Notes under the pieces: model-generated | What the model was told of the DNA's origin: nothing | Database searches by the model: none | Seen by the model: only the letters and a program-made list of their open reading frames with translations | Shown: in pieces, positions 57,276 through 64,000 of the stretch | Layout: each line of letters begins with the position of its first letter | Position numbering within the stretch: the first letter of the stretch is position 1 | Source: Eimeria praecox | Taxonomy: Eukaryota | NCBI GenBank assembly: GCA_963920595.1 | Contig: OY986947.1 | Span: 1,240,001-1,304,000 of the forward strand | Length of the DNA: 64,000 bases | Direction of reading: 5' to 3' | Position numbers and translations under genes: made by a program

Positions 57276-59936
57276 AACAAATGCAAGCGGATAAGCGCAT
57301 ATCTATTAATATGGATACGTATAAATAACAGATAGTAATGTACGAAGAGGCGCCTATGGGGATATGCGAAAATCTGCATTTGTTCAAAAGCACTGATTTG
57401 AAGTGCCTTTGGGCGCGTGATAATGCCATTTTCAGTACGTATAAAGAAATCACTGGTGTATTGTGAAAGGTGTAGCATCAGAGCCCCTCACCCCTCGGCA
57501 CGTCGTATTGCAGAGGCTCCAGGAAGTCGACGTTGAACTGACACCAAAAGAGACAGCAGTAAAAGAGGAGGTTCATGCCAGCTTTGTCTTGTTTCTCTGT
57601 TTGCTTAACCTCTCTCCTGCACATTTCTCTGCTGCTGTTGATCCTACGCAAATGCTTATGTTAAGGTGTACGACTGCAGCTGCAGGACTTAGGGTTTAGT
57701 GCACCTGGTAGTCTTTGGAAATTTGAGCCCTTAACGCTTCTACTGCAACAACATTTAACCCAAAAAAGACAATTTCAAAGGGGTTTATGGGGTTTAGGGT
57801 TTTCTCAGATAATGATGCTGTTGTGTGGCTACGGGAATTATTGTTTATGAATGGGGATTGAAAGGGGATATCTGAGTGTACAAAGCCACAAAAGTGCGTT
57901 TAGGGCCCAGGGCTTAGAGTTGTGTACAGCCTACAGTCCTCTGCCGGCCTGAAGTGAACCCAACAAGACAAATCTACTGCTTCCTCGTAGCTGAGTCCTG
58001 AGGAGAGAAGTGCACGGTTCTGAAATCTAAGGAAATTCAGATATAATGAACTTAAAAAATATACCGCTAAAGACATAAAGACGTAGACTAGCCCTAGAAC
58101 TTCAACCCAACCCGAAAGAGCCTCAAGAGGTGCTTCCTGTCGCTGATGGCTGCTGCTCGCGGCTGCCTGTTGGAGGCTGCCGTCGCCTCTAAGGGCTGCA
58201 ATGCGCTGCCTGTATAGCAACAGGAGTTTCCTCCTATTCACGTCTACCTCGCTGGATTCAACTACAGGTGGATCCTTGGCCAAGACCAGGCATCTGTCTG
58301 CATAGTCTAGGTGGTAAGCCCCTAACGTCTTCGCCCTATCATCTTACCCTGGAACTCAGTGGCTGGTATTATTTTGGTGCCATGAAGACGATGAGCCCCC
58401 CGAGGCACTGCTGCAGTGGCGAAGTCAATGCGCTGCACTAAGGCGGCAAGCAGATCAGCTTCAGTCAGCACGTTCTTCTTTTTCCCCTCTGTTGTTGGTA
58501 AGCAGACATGCAGTGAGTATGGGCTGTACCATAAACCCTCTTTCCTCTTTGTTCCCTCTGTTGTCAGTGCATCGGCATGCAGCGTCTACTCTCTAATCGC
58601 TAAGCAATCATGCAGCACGTTCTTCTGCTCTCCCTCTGCTTTTAGTAAGCACAGATGCACCGCCTAATCCCTAACCCATAGGCCCTCAGCAAGCACTGCA
58701 GTCACTGTTCGCTCTTGCCACACTGCTTCGGTTGAGTGACCACGCAGGTGCACTTAAAGCTATGTCCTACACCCTAGCCTAAACCCTAAATCGTATCCCT
58801 CAGCCAACACTGCAGTCATTGTCCCTGCTATTGCCAGCCGTCAGCAGTTGAGCAAGCATAAAAGTAAAATAATCCTCAAGCTCAAGCCCAAACCCTAAAG
58901 AGCAAAGCCTCAGTCGCCACACTCCGCCTGATGACCAGTGCTACCAATTGTTAGCGAGCAGACGCGCACAACCATAGCGGCGGATAGACTGTCTACAGTT
59001 CTTGCCAGTAAAAGCATAAATGTGCTCTTTCCTGGGCCATAAACCCGTCTGCAGCTTCGTTAACCTCTATGCATTAAATTGTTTCATAGGCAGCCATAGG
59101 GCACCTTTCTAATAGGGCACTGCTCAACAAATACTACACCACTTGCCTCCTCCCTCCTCTTCGTCGCTCTGCGCATCCGCCGGTGGAGCTGCTGGATCCT
59201 CTGAAGGCGCACAAGCAAGCAAGCAGAAGACAAGACAACATAATATAGCATGTGCTGCAGCAAGTACTGCATCATAACCAGAGGAGCGAACACTGCATCC
59301 CCATGACCCGCTAAACGCTAAAGCCTACACCATTTCAGATATACCTGGAGATTGGACTACCCTGGAAGGATCTCCAGTCAGCAGGGTTGAGTCTGGCCTC
59401 TCTTTGATCCCATTCACATCTCCCTCAGGCAGCGGCCGAAATTCAAATTGGCTTGTGCTGCAGACGCAGCAGCAAGCGCCGCACACGCTTCCAGAATCCC
59501 TGCAGCTTCCCTAGCAGAGAATATTTAACTATGGTTGCTGTTAGTCCAGCACCGAATTGTCCTTAACTCGGAAGTTATTGCAGCCTATGCTGCAGTTGCT
59601 GCACCACGTGACACTGCTTGCTCCAGCCAATCCTGCAGCAGGGGCTATTCTAAAAACTGCAGTCAGCTTTTAATTCCGATGCTGCTCCCAGAGCCGCATT
59701 TTATGCTTCCGTTGACACAGCAATGGGGTCTAATTGCCTCCATTTCGTGTTACAACAATCGCAACGCCTACACCTGCCGCAAGCGCTGGACTGAACAGGT
59801 CAATGAGCGCTGATGTTCACAGTTTCCTAATTACTGAGATGAAGCCTGCAGCTGTTGTTGCACTACGTTATGGGCACAGTAGGCAACTGGGCTCCATACG
59901 CATCTGCGAGTAAGAGTGCGAAGCTTCTAGGGGATG

Positions 59937-60003
<67 letters not shown>

Positions 60004-60383
60004 AGCAGTTGTCTAGTGAGCAAAAGTTTCCTAAACACTTCCAAATAGGATGAGAAACCCAAATGTTTCAAATAGGCGTGCAGATCCTTCATGATTTTCT
60101 TTCATTAACCCCAGCTGCAGCATTGTTTCAACTGGAGAAATAGTTTTTACCTGAAATACATTTTCTTCTTGGGATATATGTATTCGCTTTCTTCGAGTAC
60201 AAAGGCTATGTAGTAGTCATCATTCTGTCCTCTAATTCTGCCCCAAAAATATACTTTGTCAGACTTTGTTTTCCTCTGTAAAGTCAGCAGGGCCATCTGA
60301 AGAGACGTGGTCTCGTACACATTCAAGCTGTTGCCGGTGCCGCTCAGGTGCCGCATTCCAGCCTCCAACGCAGACGCCTCCAT
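56835..60383 (-). CDS. RSPH9: Radial spoke head protein 9 (282 aa). Exons 60383..60151, 59457..59345, 59200..59147, 58488..58348, 57997..57935, 57742..57705, 57537..57492, 57097..57032, 56929..56835
   Basis: Motifs VYFWGRIRGQNDDYYIA, LTGDPS, TEADLLAALVQRIDFATAAVPRGA, FQGLS, WVHFRP, DFLEPLQYDVPRGSW, LRSLMWPGY, FGGLYFGGGE and DLPFLL* are in the order typical of RSPH9. All phases match; two introns need GC donors. Confidence 0.92.
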
Positions 60384-61301
60384 GATGACTTGGAGCGTAA
60401 GGTTTAGGTTGGCAGGGTTTAGGGTTGATGCTAGAGGGCTAAGCGTTCACGATGATCTGCACGAAGCAACGGGAGCTTCCCGTCGTCCCCGCCACCTGGC
60501 GTCTCCTATTGAGAACAGAGCCACCCAGATGCTGACGTTAGAATATTATCAGATATCTCTGCGAATATCATGATTGTTGTGTAGGGCTTTGCATTTAGCC
60601 CTTACGGACGCGACAAAGGGACTGGAGTCCCTCGTGTCCCCCCTGGCGTCAGATTTTACAGCAAGTCTCGTCCCGTCCCCGTTTGCTCCTTACTCCTTTG
60701 AAACCAAGATGAAACACAACTCCGCATTGGTTGTATCAACAAAGGCCAACCCATGGAGGCATGACGTCACTGAGAGCAGCGCAGATGGGGGTCACCGGGT
60801 GTCGGGCCCCAAGGAGAAACGTCTGCAGGTTAAGGTTAAGGATTTCCCTAACTGTTGGCTCCCTTAAGAGCTCTAAAGTTCCCAAACCTTTCAAAAGAAA
60901 TAAGTAATTTTTTAATGCAGTTAGTGGATTATATGATTAAGCATATCCTCCCCTCAACCTGGGGCCGCTCCTCAGCTATGCTGGTGACCCTACCCCCACC
61001 TGCTGCCCGCTCTTCCTGAAAGCAAGACCCTACCGTCCTCTTTTCTTTTTATATTTGTTCATAGTCAAGGGCTTTAAGGCCACATGAGTGCTGGTAGACT
61101 CATTTAGGCCCCATCTCTCTCTTAACTTCTCCCGGCTAGTCACATACAGCCCCAACTAGCGACGCCGCCAGTTCTTGCTGAGCTCACCCCCCAACCCCCT
61201 TCTGCGCAAGGAGTCCCCTACGAACTTCCTGTCATCATTCTGCCTATGAGGCCTCCTCTGCAGCCCTCAGCGGCTCGAGCCCCCTAGGCGTGCGCGCTAC
61301 T

Positions 61302-63476
61302 ATGAACAACGGTGGGGGCGTACAGGGCCCCTGGCCCGATCTGGTACCCCCCCCGGAGGCGGTCCACCTATTTCACAGCTATGAAGACCTCAAAGCGCAG
61401 CTTCTGCCCTTGAAGAGTCCTCCACAGCAGCAGACAGCAGAGAAGCTCGTTTCCCCAGCCGGTTCTCTCCATGCAGCAGAAGCCTTCGCAGGCGAGTCCT
61501 CCCTCCCTACAACTGCAGCGCTTCCATCCCTGGGGACCGTGAGGACCCCCAAAGCTTTTTCTCGAGCAGTCAGCCACAGCCAAGAAACTTCAGCCCCTCA
61601 TTATGCATCCACCGCTAAGGGCATCCCCCCTGCTGCCTCCCGCAGAAATGCGGTCCCCGCGTGTGGAAGGGGCAAACCTTGCGGTTCTCTGGGAGCCCCT
61701 TCGTTGACTACCATGCCAGCTGTCCCCTCCGAAAATACCCAGGATCCTCATGGAGTGGGAGCGCTTCTGGAGAAAAAAAGCAGCCAGATGGTCGAGGCAA
61801 CAGCCCCCCCCAGGTACACACAGAGCAATATGCTTCCTACTACTAACCGCTTTGATCGCGACGAGCCTAAAGTTCAGCGGAGGACCCGCAGTAGCGACGC
61901 CTTCGAAGACCCGCTTGTTAGGGACAGAAGCAGAGAAGAGGGGCTGCTGGATGGATGCGAGCAGCATGCAGACACTTCAGATTTTCAGGGCGTCCCGCCG
62001 GAAGTAGAGGCCCTGCTGCTGCGGTTGCAGCATCGCAGCTGCAGTACAAGAACGGCACCCCCATTCAGCTGGCGCCGAGCCAGAGAACGAGCAAAAGCAG
62101 TTGCTGCTGCAGCACGCAGCAGCAGCAGCAGCAGTTGCATCGGAACGGAAAGCAACTGGAAGTTCGACGGCGATATGTTGGTGCCAGGAGACACAGCAAA
62201 AACAAAGTTCCTCAGGCAGGAGGCCCTAAAGAGAGTGCGGCAAAGGGCCAGAGAGGCGCGGGAGAAACAGCAGCAAGAGCTACTACAACAGCAACTAGAG
62301 CAGGAGGAGCAGCACCTGCGCAGCCAGGTTCTCAGCAAGCAGTTAAGGCAGCGCACGTTACAGCGGATCAGAGAAAATGCTCTCAAGCAAGAGGAAGAGA
62401 GGCAGCAGCAGGAACTGCTACAGCAGCAAATGATGCGGCAAGCCGAAGTGCAAAGGCAATATTGTGCGCGACACCGGAAGGCCCTTCAGCAGCGGCTCCT
62501 GCAACAGCAGCAAGAGATTAAGGACAAGATAAGAATGCATGCAGAGGAGAGCGTCAGACAGTCCAGGGACGCAAAGGCAAGAGGAGACCTGATATATCTA
62601 TATCTATAGAGGGACAGATATAGATATATAGATATAGATATATAGATATATAGATATATAGATATATAGATATATAGATATATAGATATATAGATATATA
62701 GATATAGTTAGATAGATAGATAGGTAGATAGATAGAGATAGAGATAGAGATAGAGATAGAGATAGAGATAGAGATAGAGATATAATGTAGCATGTGTATA
62801 TGTGTGCACACGTGCGTATTCGCATGTCAATAACATGCGCAGTGCTATATATTTTGCATGCACGCAACGTGTATATTTAGTGCACCATGTGTATTTAGTG
62901 CACTTAGAGACGTATATGGGTTTCAGTCAGCCAGTGGGATGCAGTAGATGCCACAGTGATTGTTAATATAGCATTCAGCTCCCATGCTGCATGTTCCCCT
63001 TACGCCGGCATCTGTATGCCTTGACGGGTCCCTGCTCCCCTTTAGAATCCGTATGGCGGAAGCACCCCCTACTTTTGACAACTTGGTCTTGTTATCCAAT
63101 TGTTGTCTTATATGCACTTGCATGCGCATGCATGCACTTCGTGAAATGTTTTCTTAGTGTTATCGCTTTCCTTTGGCTTTATGCGAACTGGTGCAGGAGA
63201 GAATCGCAGCCGAAGTTGCAGCCTTTCGGCGCCGCACGGTTGAACGGCTGCAGGTACGTACTTATGGTCTAGCGTGTAGTAAGCGCTTGCCAAATGCCTC
63301 TCTATCGCCACGCAGGTGCTGCACGGCCAGCGTTACACAAACCACACGGTAGGGGCAGAGTTTGCAGTGAGTGGACAGTACTAAAAGCCATCACGCAGCA
63401 GTCGCTCCTCAGCAGCTTGCCTATGCAGGAGACCCAAAACAAAGGGGTTGTGTCTAAACTTCCCGGGAAGCGATAA
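61302..63476 (+). CDS. Hypothetical coiled-coil protein. Exons 61302..62576 and 63197..63253; last exon uncertain (63429..63476 or 63316..63384)
   Basis: About 425-codon open frame with an R/E/Q-rich helical C-terminal half. AAG|GCAAGA precedes a microsatellite intron and joins in phase to ERIAAEVAAFRRRTVERLQ|GTACGT. Confidence 0.65.
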
Positions 63477-63521
63477 GCATAAGAATGCAGCGAGTGCACT
63501 GAACACGTTCAGGGTCTTCAA

Positions 63522-64000
63522 CTAGTCACCTTGGCTCGCACGGCGCAATAATGGACTTTTATTTATTAGGCTACGCAGTAGAGCGAGGGTCCCCAAGTAG
63601 TAGCCTTCACCCAGTAAATAATACGGAAAAATGTAGGCAATGCGACTTCTGCATACGTCGGTTGTTTTCTGGGGCTTCAGAAATACGCTGCTGCCTCTCG
63701 GGCATCCTCCATCCCTACTATTAGATGGGAAGAAGAACGCCGAAACGACCCCAGGGTACCACCCCCTCAATCTTTGATATACGCGTCCCTGCGTGCTGCT
63801 TGTGTACATATTTTGGCGTTTACTGACAAGCACAGACTCATGCTTGTGCTGATCTTCATATCTATTAGCATGCATGCTGACACAAAAATGCATGCATGCG
63901 TTATGCTGCTGTCAGAGGCGCCTTCCACCGTGTTGGTGAAATACATAGCTCCCATAAATGCACGCCGCTGCTCTATTTTGTATGCCACTTTTGGGCAGGT
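63522..64000 (-). CDS. Possible 3' exons of a gene entering from beyond the right edge
   Basis: Open frames ...KVAYKIEQRRAFMGAMYFTNTVEG... and, after a CAG acceptor near 63790, GRVYQRLRGWYPG...SQGD*. No domain recognised and the junction is unresolved. Confidence 0.3.

Noticed and set aside
57900..58283. 127-aa ORF with a hydrophobic segment
   Set aside because: Only its last ~21 codons are an RSPH9 exon (57997..57935); the rest is intron.

Overview
Eukaryotic, intron-rich apicomplexan DNA with the hallmarks of Eimeria: abundant CAG/CTG tracts translated as poly-Q/A/S, interstitial AAACCCT/TTTAGGG telomere-like arrays and TGCATGCA motifs. About 1-44.4 kb is a repeat-rich segment and about 44.4-64 kb is repeat-poor. 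Most entries in the six-frame ORF track are microsatellite read-through artefacts. By manual exon assembly (splice sites plus phase continuity) I recover ten genes: a 5'-truncated WDR53-like WD40 gene, a 10-exon mitochondrial PDK/BCKDK-family kinase, a 23-exon unknown secreted protein, a ubiquitin-like/membrane protein, an N-acylated START-like protein, a TBC1D12/14-like RabGAP, a small single-TM protein, a type II membrane TSP1 protein, RSPH9 and a coiled-coil protein. A possible further gene is cut off at the right edge. The most unusual observations are: (i) short diverged copies ('echoes') of exon ends and splice sites inside adjacent introns of three genes, one differing almost only at synonymous positions; (ii) a periodic exon-length/phase pattern revealing a cryptic internal repeat in the unknown secreted protein; (iii) a duplicated last exon in the kinase; (iv) several GC-AG introns and microexons. 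No CRISPR array, rRNA, complete tRNA or recognisable transposon was found. All gene models are manual predictions without transcript or database support.
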